Shown here in pieces: positions 49,251 through 58,722 of a stretch of 64,000 nucleotides of DNA (the first letter of the stretch is position 1; each line of letters starts with the position of its first letter). The notes under the pieces are model-generated. The model saw only the letters and a program-made list of their open reading frames with translations. It did not search any database and was not told the DNA's origin. A program made the position numbers and the translations under genes. Origin of the DNA: Candidatus Aenigmatarchaeota archaeon (lineage in GTDB: Archaea > Aenigmatarchaeota > Aenigmatarchaeia > CG10238-14 > SCSR01); assembly GCA_030615205.1 (NCBI GenBank), contig JAUWZS010000002.1, positions 200,082 to 264,081 of the forward strand, given 5' to 3'.

Positions 49251-49955
49251 TTAAGGCTTCTTTTTAATTAGTCTATCGATTTGTATTTGAATGTTTCGAA
49301 GTTCTTGTAAATCTTCGTAGAAATTATAATCAATTTTATTCCATAACCAAGTGTAAAATACTTGCGTTCTCTTGTAAGACAAGATTACAACCTTATTTAG
49401 GTCAATCGTTTTACCATAATTCTTTAACATAATCTCATGTTTTTTAAATGAACTATTTTCTAATAAATTTTTTGTTTTTATGACGAAAGTTGCTTTTTCT
49501 TTAATGCCTCCATACTTAGTATCGAAAGTCATGCTATGACCTAAGTTTGTAAATGGTGGTCTGAAATGTTGTATATGATGTCTTAATAGTAAAGCGATTT
49601 TGACATTTGGGTCTGAATCTAGTGATGATAATTGTTTTTCGAGTTTAATCCTAAACTTTGTGCCAAATTTTTTTCTAATAGATTCGATGTTTTTTCTGAA
49701 CGAATATAGAGATGCAAGGTAATTGTGTAGACAAACTATTATATTTTTATGTATTTCATCTATTTTTTTAAATCTTTTTTTATCCCACAACCCTTTAGCA
49801 GTATTTTCATAATCAATAATTTCTTCGGCAAACTCGTTATAATTCGAATCTAATATAACCATGGAATTATGAATAATTCCTTTTAGTTTTGCTATTTCCA
49901 TTCCTCTAGAATTGTCCCTTTTATCTACAAGTTCTCTTAATCTCGGTGATGTCAT
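49251..49955 (-). CDS. Putative HEPN-fold RNase-like protein
   Basis: Helical protein with LHNYLAS and an R-x4-H motif (RHHIQH); very AT-rich. Confidence 0.55.
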   Translation of the reverse strand: MTSPRLRELVDKRDNSRGMEIAKLKGIIHNSMVILDSNYNEFAEEIIDYENTAKGLWDKKRFKKIDEIHKNIIVCLHNYLASLYSFRKNIESIRKKFGTKFRIKLEKQLSSLDSDPNVKIALLLRHHIQHFRPPFTNLGHSMTFDTKYGGIKEKATFVIKTKNLLENSSFKKHEIMLKNYGKTIDLNKVVILSYKRTQVFYTWLWNKIDYNFYEDLQELRNIQIQIDRLIKKKP

Positions 49956-50059
49956 TAATTAAAAATCAGTCTTTAGATGCTTAAAAAGTCTGTGTGGTGA
50001 TACAAGAGATGTTTGAATTAGGGCTCCTTTATTTAAACCTTTTTTTCTAATTAGAAAAC

Positions 50060-51475
50060 ATGGGCAAACTTCTAGAAGGTTACAAAGGTGTAGTTGGATT
50101 TGAGACTAGTTATACACAAAAAGACGATTGGCCAGATTTCGAAAATTTCATAGAAACTTCAGGCCTTCTCAAAGCATTTCAATGGCTTGGTGCAACCCTT
50201 TGTGAGAAAGGTTGGGCTCCAAAGAATGCGGGGAATATAAGCACAGTCATGATGCCTGGTCACCATTGGTTTTACATAACCAGAAGCGGCGGAAACTTGA
50301 GCAATTTAAAGGCTAAAGACATTGTATATGTTGCTGGATTAGAAGTCAAAATTGGAGACAGCGATGTACCATACACAGGCAGAATAATGTTGGCTAGCAC
50401 ATTTCCATATTCGTGTGATTTGTCACTAGCAACCGTTACGGATACATTGATGAAGCAGGGCATTCTTGACAAGGTCATTGAAGGTATGGGATTAGAGAGG
50501 GCTACGCTTGATAGATATAATTTCAATCTCAAAAAAGTTCTGAGATATTTGAGTTCCAGAGATATGGTCAAATGTTTTGCAGAGGTGATAGCCAAAGACG
50601 AGCAAACAAAGCCTTCTTCAGAAACATTCTTACATGGTCTCATTTGTTCAAGAAGAATTGAAGATTGGGTCACTGCGATTGTACACTGCCATGCGAAGGG
50701 AATTGTCAAAAAGCCTTCTGCTTATTTTATGCCTGAAACAGACTCTTCTTTTGAGGAAATCGGTTACGGTAGTCTAGAGCTTGCAGTAGAAGCTGTAGAG
50801 CAGCTAGGCCGTAATAACTTTGTTCTGCTTAGAGGGCATGGACCAGTTGCAGTGTCTACCGAATACCATTTGGAAAAACCCGAAGGCTATATGCACGTTT
50901 TTGAAGACCTTTATAAAACACTACTTGAGTCCGAGAGATACTCTAAGATGATAGAGAGATGGCCAGATAATATCTCTGAGATAGCAAGATTAAGACATAA
51001 AGAATATAGACCGGATTTTCTGGGAGAAAACACACCGCTGACAATTCCCGATGATATTATAATAAGAATGATAAGACAAAATGTTCAGCTAGAGCCCGGG
51101 TATTATAGAGAAAAGAATCTAAGAGGACTAATGGAATTGGAAGAGAGGATGAAGCAAGGCATAAGCACACTCGAATTGGAACTAAACCTACCAGAAGACC
51201 ACCCACCAGAAGACCTCCTAGATATAATAAGTACCCCAGAAGAAGAAAGGACGAGTCTCAAAAACAGAAGCGAGAGAATTTTAAAAGTACTCGAGGTAAT
51301 GAAAGAGGAAAATAGACTAATGATACAGAATGTTGATTTGGACAAAATAGATATAGATGCTTTGAAAGCAAGAGTAAAAAAAATATTACGTATAAAAGAA
51401 TATGTAGATAATATCAATTTTTACTTAAGTCAGTTAGAGAAATCTTCTTCTGATGAAAAACCACAACATTTATAA
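50060..51475 (+). CDS. Class II aldolase/adducin domain protein with an insertion and a C-terminal extension
   Basis: GNIS, ITRSG, PSSE..LH, IVHCH and LLRGHG motifs. Confidence 0.8.
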   Translation: MGKLLEGYKGVVGFETSYTQKDDWPDFENFIETSGLLKAFQWLGATLCEKGWAPKNAGNISTVMMPGHHWFYITRSGGNLSNLKAKDIVYVAGLEVKIGDSDVPYTGRIMLASTFPYSCDLSLATVTDTLMKQGILDKVIEGMGLERATLDRYNFNLKKVLRYLSSRDMVKCFAEVIAKDEQTKPSSETFLHGLICSRRIEDWVTAIVHCHAKGIVKKPSAYFMPETDSSFEEIGYGSLELAVEAVEQLGRNNFVLLRGHGPVAVSTEYHLEKPEGYMHVFEDLYKTLLESERYSKMIERWPDNISEIARLRHKEYRPDFLGENTPLTIPDDIIIRMIRQNVQLEPGYYREKNLRGLMELEERMKQGISTLELELNLPEDHPPEDLLDIISTPEEERTSLKNRSERILKVLEVMKEENRLMIQNVDLDKIDIDALKARVKKILRIKEYVDNINFYLSQLEKSSSDEKPQHL

Positions 51476-51498
51476 GCCACGACCAGCAATAAATTCTT

Positions 51499-51850
51499 GG
51501 TGAGTTAGCCAGGTAGCTTCGGTTTGCTGTAAAAAGTAAACTGAGGAAGTTCCATCCATTAAGGGGAGCTACGAAAGCTGTTCCGTGCAAACGAAAGCAG
51601 TAGAGTAGTAGCATGCTGAGAAGCATTTGGCTGTATCAGAAACGGAACTTTTCTATCTCGCCAACAATGTAGCTGAAGCTCTTTCGAGTTGTCAAAGACC
51701 CGAAAAAGAAAAAGCTGAGTTGAGATAGAATAAGATGAAACGGACAGTCGGTCCCGATGCAATGCAAGTCGAAAAGACGCTTAGACAAATGCTACTTAAG
51801 TTTTTGCGCAAGCGAAAACGAAACAGAAGATGGGCTATAGCTAACACGCC
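51499..51850 (+). ncRNA. rnpB: RNase P RNA
   Basis: GAGGAAGTTCCATC (CR-I) and AACAGAAGATGG (CR-V) form the P4 pairing; P1 is GTGAGTTAGC/GCTAACAC. Confidence 0.93.
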
Positions 51851-51913
51851 ACCTTTTTTAATTTTTTCGACAAAACAGCAAGGATTTAATATTTAGTAGT
51901 CCAAGTGTTATAC

Positions 51914-52072
51914 ATGGCTAAAAAGGATAAAATTTACATGCCAAGTGGATCGGGTGGATTGATCCGCTATGGAGAAGAAGGCAAGACCCTGATCAAACTA
52001 AAGCCTAAGCATGTTGCATATGTTGTTGCTGGTGTTGTTGTTTTTGAGATTGTTTTGAAACTCTTTTTATAA
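51914..52072 (+). CDS. secG: Preprotein translocase subunit Sec61beta
   Basis: MPSGSGGLIRYGEE...IKLKPKHV followed by one TM helix. Confidence 0.88.
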   Translation: MAKKDKIYMPSGSGGLIRYGEEGKTLIKLKPKHVAYVVAGVVVFEIVLKLFL

Positions 52073-52723
52073 ATTTCTATCTTGTCTATCTGAAATATCT
52101 AAAAGTTTCATCAATAACACTTTCCACTTTCTATCCTTTTTAAATATGGACTTGCGGATAGTAGCAATTTGATCTTTTAATGGTAGTTCTTCCAAATCAT
52201 CTACCCTTTTTGACGCAAGTTCATATACGCCGAAATATTCATGTGGACTGCCTAATTTCATTCCATATTTTTTACAGAATAACCTGAAGAAAAATTCACC
52301 CATGGTTTCAGCATCTATTCTGTAATGATATCTACTTATGCGGCGCCGTGTTGCAAGGTACGCTACATCCCCCGCCTCGTGCGCTGCAGCTATCGCATGA
52401 CCGTAAAGAATATGATCTGCAATTTTCTCACATGGTGCTAAGACCTTGGTAATGATTGTTAACTCATCATTATATTCTATCTTTGTTTCTATGCCAAGTT
52501 CTAACCAATCTTTTCTAATTGGAGTATCAACGTATTCAAATTTTCCAAAATTAACTCTTAAGTGAAACCCGGTATAATATGTAACTAAATCTAAGGTTTT
52601 TCTAAATATGTCCTTGTAATCTTCCTCAAACTTTTCAATTACCTCTTTTCTATCCATATTTTTAAGATAGATAATAACATTTAACCATCTTTCTCCAAAA
52701 ATTTCACAAATATATTTAATCAT
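52067..52723 (-). CDS. Hypothetical protein (weak zincin-like AHEAG motif)
   Basis: ORF with likely start MDRKE. Confidence 0.6.
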   Translation of the reverse strand: MIKYICEIFGERWLNVIIYLKNMDRKEVIEKFEEDYKDIFRKTLDLVTYYTGFHLRVNFGKFEYVDTPIRKDWLELGIETKIEYNDELTIITKVLAPCEKIADHILYGHAIAAAHEAGDVAYLATRRRISRYHYRIDAETMGEFFFRLFCKKYGMKLGSPHEYFGVYELASKRVDDLEELPLKDQIATIRKSIFKKDRKWKVLLMKLLDISDRQDRNL

Positions 52724-52757
52724 TTGTTTTTGAACCTAGGCTGCGCAATAATTAATT

Positions 52758-53561
52758 ATGAGCAAATTTAAGATTTTTCTCGGTCCTGCAGGCACACCAG
52801 GCTTTACGCGGGGCGGGACGCTCGAAGGTGTTGGTGATGTAGCTGCCATCGGGCTGAATTGTATGGAAGTCCAGTTCACACACGGCGTACGTATGGGCAC
52901 AGCGTTGGCGAAAAAGTGTGGCGAAGTTGCAAAGGAAAATAACATACATCTTAGTTGTCATGCACCTTATTACGTGAACCTATGCAATCCAAAAAAATTG
53001 AACGCTTCGATGAAACGTATCTTGTTAGCAGCTGATCGAATAAGTGTTATGGGCGGTGGAGTTGTAACTTTTCATCCGGGTTTCTATGGCAAGCTCGAAA
53101 CAGAGGAAGCGTTTAATAGAGTAAAAGCAGCGTGTAAGGAGATGGTGAAACAATTGACGAAGGGCTCCCTGCTCGGCTTGGAAACCACAGGAAAGCACAG
53201 CCAGTTCGGAACACTTGATGAGATTGTTGGAATATGCAAGTCTGTGAGGCGTTGTGTGCCTGTTATTGATTTTGCGCATATCTACGCACGAGCTGTAGGA
53301 AAAATAGACTACAAAAAAGTCTTGGATGCTGTAAAACCGCTGCAGCTAAAGCACGTGCACAGCCATTTTTCAAATATCGAATACAGCGCGAAAGGAGAAC
53401 GCCGTCATCTTGTACTCGACAGCAAGCCGAAATTCAAACCGCTCGCAAAAGAGATCCTGCGGAGAAGACAAAACATAACAATTATCTCCGAGTCGCCTAT
53501 CCTTGAACAGGACTCGTTGAGGATGAAGCGGTGCTTTGAAAGATTAGGTTGCAGATTATAA
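52758..53561 (+). CDS. nfo: Endonuclease IV (AP endonuclease family 2)
   Basis: HAPYYVNL, FHPG, ETTGK..QFG, IDFAH, GERRH and ISESP motifs. Confidence 0.9.
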   Translation: MSKFKIFLGPAGTPGFTRGGTLEGVGDVAAIGLNCMEVQFTHGVRMGTALAKKCGEVAKENNIHLSCHAPYYVNLCNPKKLNASMKRILLAADRISVMGGGVVTFHPGFYGKLETEEAFNRVKAACKEMVKQLTKGSLLGLETTGKHSQFGTLDEIVGICKSVRRCVPVIDFAHIYARAVGKIDYKKVLDAVKPLQLKHVHSHFSNIEYSAKGERRHLVLDSKPKFKPLAKEILRRRQNITIISESPILEQDSLRMKRCFERLGCRL

Positions 53562-53617
53562 GGGCTTGTAGAAAGTCTTATAAAGTTAACTATTCAAAGT
53601 TTGTTTAGCGAAATAGG

Positions 53618-54247
53618 GTGAAAATATTGGACAAACATTGGAATTATGTACATGACAATCTAGGACTAATAACCTTAATTATGGAGAGTCGTCATAATGG
53701 GTCTTTGAGACAAATACATTTTGGTAAAGATGGCAAAATTAATTTTTATTTTAAAAATGAAGAAGTAGAAATGGCTCAAGATCAAATTGTACAAGAGATG
53801 GAAAGAATCAAACCAGATTTTTTGAACCTTGTTAGAAGAATTTATGAAAAGGATATAAGAAGTGTGGAATTAGATGGTGATGATATAAGGCTCGGATACT
53901 CAGACGAGCCATTATCAATTGTTGTTAAAAAAGACGATTTATGCGACTATGTAAGAAATGGCTGTAGGTTGATTATTGAAACTAAATGTACAGTACATGA
54001 TATACCGCTTCACAACGAAGAGTTACTCGAATGTGCAACATTAGAAGAATTGATAACTGCCTATAAACAACTTGAAAATGGTATTAGTCGTTATTGTCCG
54101 AATGGTAAGCAACCCTCTACTCCAGTAAGCTTCGATATAGATGTTGTGGAAGGAACTCAGGAAATTGGAGCAGAACTCGCTGAAATTCCTTTATTTGATG
54201 CTGGAAAAGATCCTGAGCTTCGTCAAGTCTATAAAAGACTTTTTTAA
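53618..54247 (+). CDS. Hypothetical protein
   Basis: 209-aa ORF. Confidence 0.6.
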   Translation: MKILDKHWNYVHDNLGLITLIMESRHNGSLRQIHFGKDGKINFYFKNEEVEMAQDQIVQEMERIKPDFLNLVRRIYEKDIRSVELDGDDIRLGYSDEPLSIVVKKDDLCDYVRNGCRLIIETKCTVHDIPLHNEELLECATLEELITAYKQLENGISRYCPNGKQPSTPVSFDIDVVEGTQEIGAELAEIPLFDAGKDPELRQVYKRLF

Positions 54248-54272
54248 ACCAAGTTTGGAAAAAATTAGTTCT

Positions 54273-55157
54273 TTAAGAAACATAAGTTGGTCTTTCTTTC
54301 ATCGCATTTGGTCGCTCATTTAATTTCATTAGTAATACTTGACGTGCAAAGAGTATATGTAGCATAGTAGGTCCACATACGTAGTCCCACCATTGGTATG
54401 GTTTTCCATTTCTTTTTACTCGTATAGGCCCTTCGTAATTCACATTGCGCATGTAGACATTTTCAATATAGTTAATCAAAGATTGGGTGCCTCTTTTATG
54501 AGTTTCGTTATAAGCTGTTTTCCATGCGTGTGGGTGACCTATTAACACCCTATCAAATATATAACTATCGTCCTCCTTGATTACCGGAGTACATATATTA
54601 AAATAACTCCACGTAAGATTAGCGATTGTACTAGCCCTTTTGTCAGGCAAGTCTCTCCCTTTCGATAAATAAAGATCCGCCCATTTTACCATTTCCCTAG
54701 AGTTTCCATTTAAATCTTCTAGTGTTGTATCACCTTCCATAAGTTTTATTGTGTTATTAATAGCCATAGCCCGATCATCAATTCCACCGAGAAGCAGATG
54801 CAAATCTGCAAAATATACCATACATTCATCTTTTCTAATAGCCCTTCCATTTTCATATTTCCCTATTTTTTCCAAATATCTTGTAGGTATTGCTAAGAGA
54901 GAATTATGATACCCAATTCTTTCGTCTATAGAAAGTGGCCTGAACTCTACCGGAAAATTTTTAACAGCTTGGTCCAATTCTTTTAATGTCTTTTTAAGCT
55001 TCTTCAATCTACCTTTAACTTCCCACAAGTGTTCTTTACTCAAAGGTTTTTTATTTTGCCATGTATCTATACATACTCGTATAGAAGATTTTGCAGTCTT
55101 TGCAGCATTCAGTGTATCTTCCATTTCTAACAGTTCACTAACTGGGTTACTTGCCAT
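54273..55157 (-). CDS. Hypothetical protein
   Basis: 294-aa ORF. Confidence 0.65.
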   Translation of the reverse strand: MASNPVSELLEMEDTLNAAKTAKSSIRVCIDTWQNKKPLSKEHLWEVKGRLKKLKKTLKELDQAVKNFPVEFRPLSIDERIGYHNSLLAIPTRYLEKIGKYENGRAIRKDECMVYFADLHLLLGGIDDRAMAINNTIKLMEGDTTLEDLNGNSREMVKWADLYLSKGRDLPDKRASTIANLTWSYFNICTPVIKEDDSYIFDRVLIGHPHAWKTAYNETHKRGTQSLINYIENVYMRNVNYEGPIRVKRNGKPYQWWDYVCGPTMLHILFARQVLLMKLNERPNAMKERPTYVS

Positions 55158-55276
55158 ATTAAATCTACCTTATTTGAAATTTAAAAGTATAATCTCACTT
55201 AATTTTGGAATTATTATATATCCAAGTATATTTAAGCATTTCTCTAGGCAGTTAGATACGAGGTCTAAAGTTCTTT

Positions 55277-55379
55277 AACCCCGGCGCTTCCGAAGAAGCA
55301 TGGGATTACTGTAGACAAAGCTACTGGAACCCTAAACATCTCCTTTGACTGCAAAGCCTTAACAGTTGCTGCAATCCCA
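55277..55379 (-). ncRNA. Candidate structured non-coding RNA
   Basis: TGGGATTGC/GTAATCCCA closing stem, two internal hairpins, a cUUCGg hairpin, and a TATA box at 55405-55412. Confidence 0.4.
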
Positions 55380-55441
55380 AACAATTATAACATACGACAT
55401 CCTGTTTATAAAGATTTCTTATTCGAGGTGTAAATTGTATT

Positions 55442-55927
55442 ATGAAGAAAGCTAAAAAAACGGGGAAAAAGAGGAAAAGAAAAACAATGGGAAAAACAAA
55501 ACAGAATAAAAAATTCAAGTTTTTGGACATAACAACATCTGATGTTGCTTTTGCTGCTTATGGCAAGAGTTTGAATAAAGTTTTTGCAAATGCTGCGCTG
55601 GCAATGTTCGAAGTGATAGTGAACACTGGGCATGTGAAACCAGCGAGGGAAAAAAAGATAGAAATCAGGGGGCATGATTTGAAATCGCTTTTGTTCAATT
55701 GGTTGAGCGAATTGATATTTTTATCTGGTTCGCAAAACATGGTGTTCTCGAAATTCAAGGTAAAAATCGACGAAGGGGCGCTTGTACTAAATGCTGTGGT
55801 CGCTGGCGAAGAAATGGACGCAAAAAAACACGAGTTGCGAACGGAGGTGAAGGCGGTCACCTATCACTTGATGATGGTTAAAAAAGTTGGAGATGTTTGG
55901 CGAGCGCAAGTTATTCTTGATATTTGA
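55442..55927 (+). CDS. Archease
   Basis: TSDVAF.AYG, LLFNWLSELI and EVKAVTYH motifs. Confidence 0.92.
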   Translation: MKKAKKTGKKRKRKTMGKTKQNKKFKFLDITTSDVAFAAYGKSLNKVFANAALAMFEVIVNTGHVKPAREKKIEIRGHDLKSLLFNWLSELIFLSGSQNMVFSKFKVKIDEGALVLNAVVAGEEMDAKKHELRTEVKAVTYHLMMVKKVGDVWRAQVILDI

Positions 55928-55996
55928 ACCTTCTATCCTTTCACATAGCCACAGAGGACTAAATGCGCAACACGCTTTCATATTCCAGCTTCGTCA

Positions 55997-57445
55997 CTAA
56001 CCCTTCGCAACTGCCAAAGGAATTAAGCGTGCTACTATTTTTGATATCCCAGCATCTTCGCAAACTTTTACGACACTATGCACGTCTTTATACGCTTCAG
56101 GCACCTCTTCGCTGAGAACTTTCCACGAGGCTGATTTTGTAAGAATTCCCTTACTCGCTAATCTCATTTTTACCTCTTCGCCTCTGTAAGTTCGTCGAGC
56201 TTTAGTTCTTGACAACATTCTACCAGCACCATGTACAGTGGAATAAAAAGTTTCCTTTGCAGTCTCCAAACCAACGAGCACGTAGCTAGCTGTACCCATC
56301 GATCCAGGGACGAGCACACACTGCCCTACACTCCTGTGATCTTTCGGTACTCTTGGGTCTCCTGGTGGTAGCGATCGTGTCGCGCCCTTTCTGTGTATAA
56401 ACACCTTTCTCTTCTTTCCGTCTATTTCATGCTCTTCAATTTTCCCCACATTGTGACAAAGTCCATATACTAATTCCAATCCTATATCCTCCAGGTTCAC
56501 CCCCAAAGTTTTAATAAAGCTCTCTCGCACCCAATGGGCGATCATATGCCTATTGGTAAATCCGAAATTTGCAGCGCAACTCATTGCCTTGAAATAATCA
56601 TCGCATTCTTTTGTCCCAGAAGGTGCGTATACAAGCTCGCGGTCGGGTAGCTTGCGGATTTCATCCCTAAACTTATTTTCCAAAATTTTCAAATAATCCG
56701 TACATACTTGGTGCCCGAATCCTCGGCTTCCAGTGTGTATCATCACCGTTACCTGCCCTTCCTTTTCAATCCCAAAGGTCTTCGCCACCTCTGGCAAAAA
56801 TATCTTTTCCACGCGTTGTATTTCCAAGAAATGATTACCAGCGCCCAGACTGCCAAGCTGCGGAGCGCCACGTTTTAACGCTTTCTCAGAAATTTTGCTT
56901 GCGTCAGCCGTTTTCATACATCCTTGCTCTTCTAAATGATCCAAATCTTTTTCAGTTCCATATCCATTTTCAACCGCCCATCCGGCTCCCCGCTCAAGCA
57001 CATCTTTCAACTGCGCTGTTGACAGTTTTATCTTTCCTTTACTGCCCAAACCAGACGGAACGTTTTTAAAAATTGCATCAAGCAGTTGCAACAGCTTTGG
57101 TCTTATATCTGCCTCTGTCAAATTCGTACGCAAAAGACGGACTCCACAATTAATATCAAACCCTATTCCGCCCGGACTCAGCCCGCCGTCCTCGTAATCC
57201 AACGCAGCCACTCCGCCGATTGGAAATCCATAGCCGAAATGCATATCCGGCAACGCTATGCTGTGCTTATGGATGCCCGGCAGGAAGGAAACATTGGCAA
57301 TCTGCTCTATCGCGCCTTCTTCCAGATCATTCAACAGCTTTTTAGACAAGAAGAGCCGCGCGGGCACCAGCATACCACGTTTTGCTGTTTTTGGCAATTC
57401 CCATACGTTTGGCCGGATTTCTTTCAATTGTTCCTTCAAAGTCAT
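55997..57445 (-). CDS. rtcB: tRNA-splicing ligase RtcB
   Basis: PDMHFGYGFPIG, DINCG, GNHFLE, HTGSRG, HRKGAT and HGAGR motifs. Confidence 0.97.
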   Translation of the reverse strand: MTLKEQLKEIRPNVWELPKTAKRGMLVPARLFLSKKLLNDLEEGAIEQIANVSFLPGIHKHSIALPDMHFGYGFPIGGVAALDYEDGGLSPGGIGFDINCGVRLLRTNLTEADIRPKLLQLLDAIFKNVPSGLGSKGKIKLSTAQLKDVLERGAGWAVENGYGTEKDLDHLEEQGCMKTADASKISEKALKRGAPQLGSLGAGNHFLEIQRVEKIFLPEVAKTFGIEKEGQVTVMIHTGSRGFGHQVCTDYLKILENKFRDEIRKLPDRELVYAPSGTKECDDYFKAMSCAANFGFTNRHMIAHWVRESFIKTLGVNLEDIGLELVYGLCHNVGKIEEHEIDGKKRKVFIHRKGATRSLPPGDPRVPKDHRSVGQCVLVPGSMGTASYVLVGLETAKETFYSTVHGAGRMLSRTKARRTYRGEEVKMRLASKGILTKSASWKVLSEEVPEAYKDVHSVVKVCEDAGISKIVARLIPLAVAKG

Positions 57446-57504
57446 ATAATCTCCTTTAATTAATTTAGATTGATTTAAATTATTCTTTTTATATTTTTTG
57501 TAAA

Positions 57505-57837
57505 TTAAGTAGGTACTGCTATTTTTTCTTTTGCTTCCTCAAAGTAACTGGATGCTAATTCTATTCCTATTTTCATCAATATCTTTACTCTTGCATTTTC
57601 TGTGTTTAATTTATATAATTCTGCCTTTCCTATGTTTCTTGTTTTTATTATTATTCTTTTTCTGATCAAATCTTTCCATATCTTACCTATTGTTATTCTA
57701 GATATCCCTGCTTCATTCGCTACTTGAGTTTTTGAGTAGTCAAAGCTTGGAAAGGTAAGGAAAAAATCTAAAACTTTTATTAATGGACTTTCTCCAAAAG
57801 TTTCTAAAAATATCGACTTTTTTGCTTTTATGCTCAT
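57505..57837 (-). CDS. Winged-helix DNA-binding protein
   Basis: DYSKTQVANEAGISRIT...TRNIGKAELYKLN. Confidence 0.8.
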   Translation of the reverse strand: MSIKAKKSIFLETFGESPLIKVLDFFLTFPSFDYSKTQVANEAGISRITIGKIWKDLIRKRIIIKTRNIGKAELYKLNTENARVKILMKIGIELASSYFEEAKEKIAVPT

Positions 57838-57932
57838 GCTATTTGTATATTCTTACCTCTATTTAAAGATTATACATTCACTGTATATTTTTTATACATT
57901 ATATTTATTAAGCCATTTAGCCAATTACTTTT

Positions 57933-58223
57933 ATGGCAATAGACCTTAAGAAGAAAGAAGTTTCTAATGAGGAAATAGAGGTTGCCTTGTTGCATAAGCT
58001 ATTTGTAATGCGTGCTGGAGTTAAGTATCATATTTATGAACCAGATTTACCGAAAGGTTTTCCTCCTCATTTACATAAAAGAGTTTTAAAAGCAGCTAAG
58101 AGTTTATATAAGAAAGGATTATTGGCTAAATTTCCTCATCGTGAAGAAACCGTTTGGCAGTTGAATTTGAACAAAATAAATGAAATTAAAGAAAGGGTAA
58201 AGAGGTTTTATAAAATCCCATAG
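57933..58223 (+). CDS. Small basic protein, probable winged-helix fold
   Basis: DLPKGFPPH...AAKSLYKKGLL...WQLN. Confidence 0.65.
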   Translation: MAIDLKKKEVSNEEIEVALLHKLFVMRAGVKYHIYEPDLPKGFPPHLHKRVLKAAKSLYKKGLLAKFPHREETVWQLNLNKINEIKERVKRFYKIP

Positions 58224-58316
58224 GCTAATAAAAAGGTTTTTCTTCAATTCAGATATTTTGGTAAAGCTGGCATTTTTGGAAATTGGATTATAAAATTTAA
58301 AACATTATTTAACACT

Positions 58317-58482
58317 AATAGTGAACTATAGAAGTGATTACTTGTAGTGATTAGCTATAGTGAACAATAATTAAGATATAAATATTAACAAAAGGTAATA
58401 AATAGTAATAGTGAACAATAAAAGTGAACAAAAAAGATGAAAAGTACGAGTGATGAGTAGAGTTAAATAGCTATAGTGATTA
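58317..58482. repeat. Cluster of (T)AGTGA direct repeats, including TAGCTATAGTGA x2 and ATAGTGAACAATAA x2
   Basis: Seen directly upstream of the wHTH gene. Confidence 0.65.
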
Positions 58483-58485
58483 TTA

Positions 58486-58722
58486 ATGGTAAAAAGAAGT
58501 AATAACCAGATGAAAGAGCTAGTTGTCAAGGCTTTGAGGCGGCATCCTGAAGGCCTAACCATCGCTGAGCTTTCTAAACTTTTAAAAGTGCACAGACAGA
58601 CTGCGACCAAATATCTTTTCGAGCTGATGGGTGCAAGCGTCATACGCAGGAGATGGATTGGCGCTGCTAGTCTGCACTATCTGAAAAAGGACTTTGAAAA
58701 AATTGGAAAGGGTGGATTATGA
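58486..58722 (+). CDS. Winged-helix transcription regulator
   Basis: HPEGLTIAELSKLLKVHRQTATKYL. Confidence 0.85.
   Translation: MVKRSNNQMKELVVKALRRHPEGLTIAELSKLLKVHRQTATKYLFELMGASVIRRRWIGAASLHYLKKDFEKIGKGGL

Noticed and set aside
51414-51762. Short minus-strand ORFs
   Set aside because: They lie antisense to the RNase P RNA.
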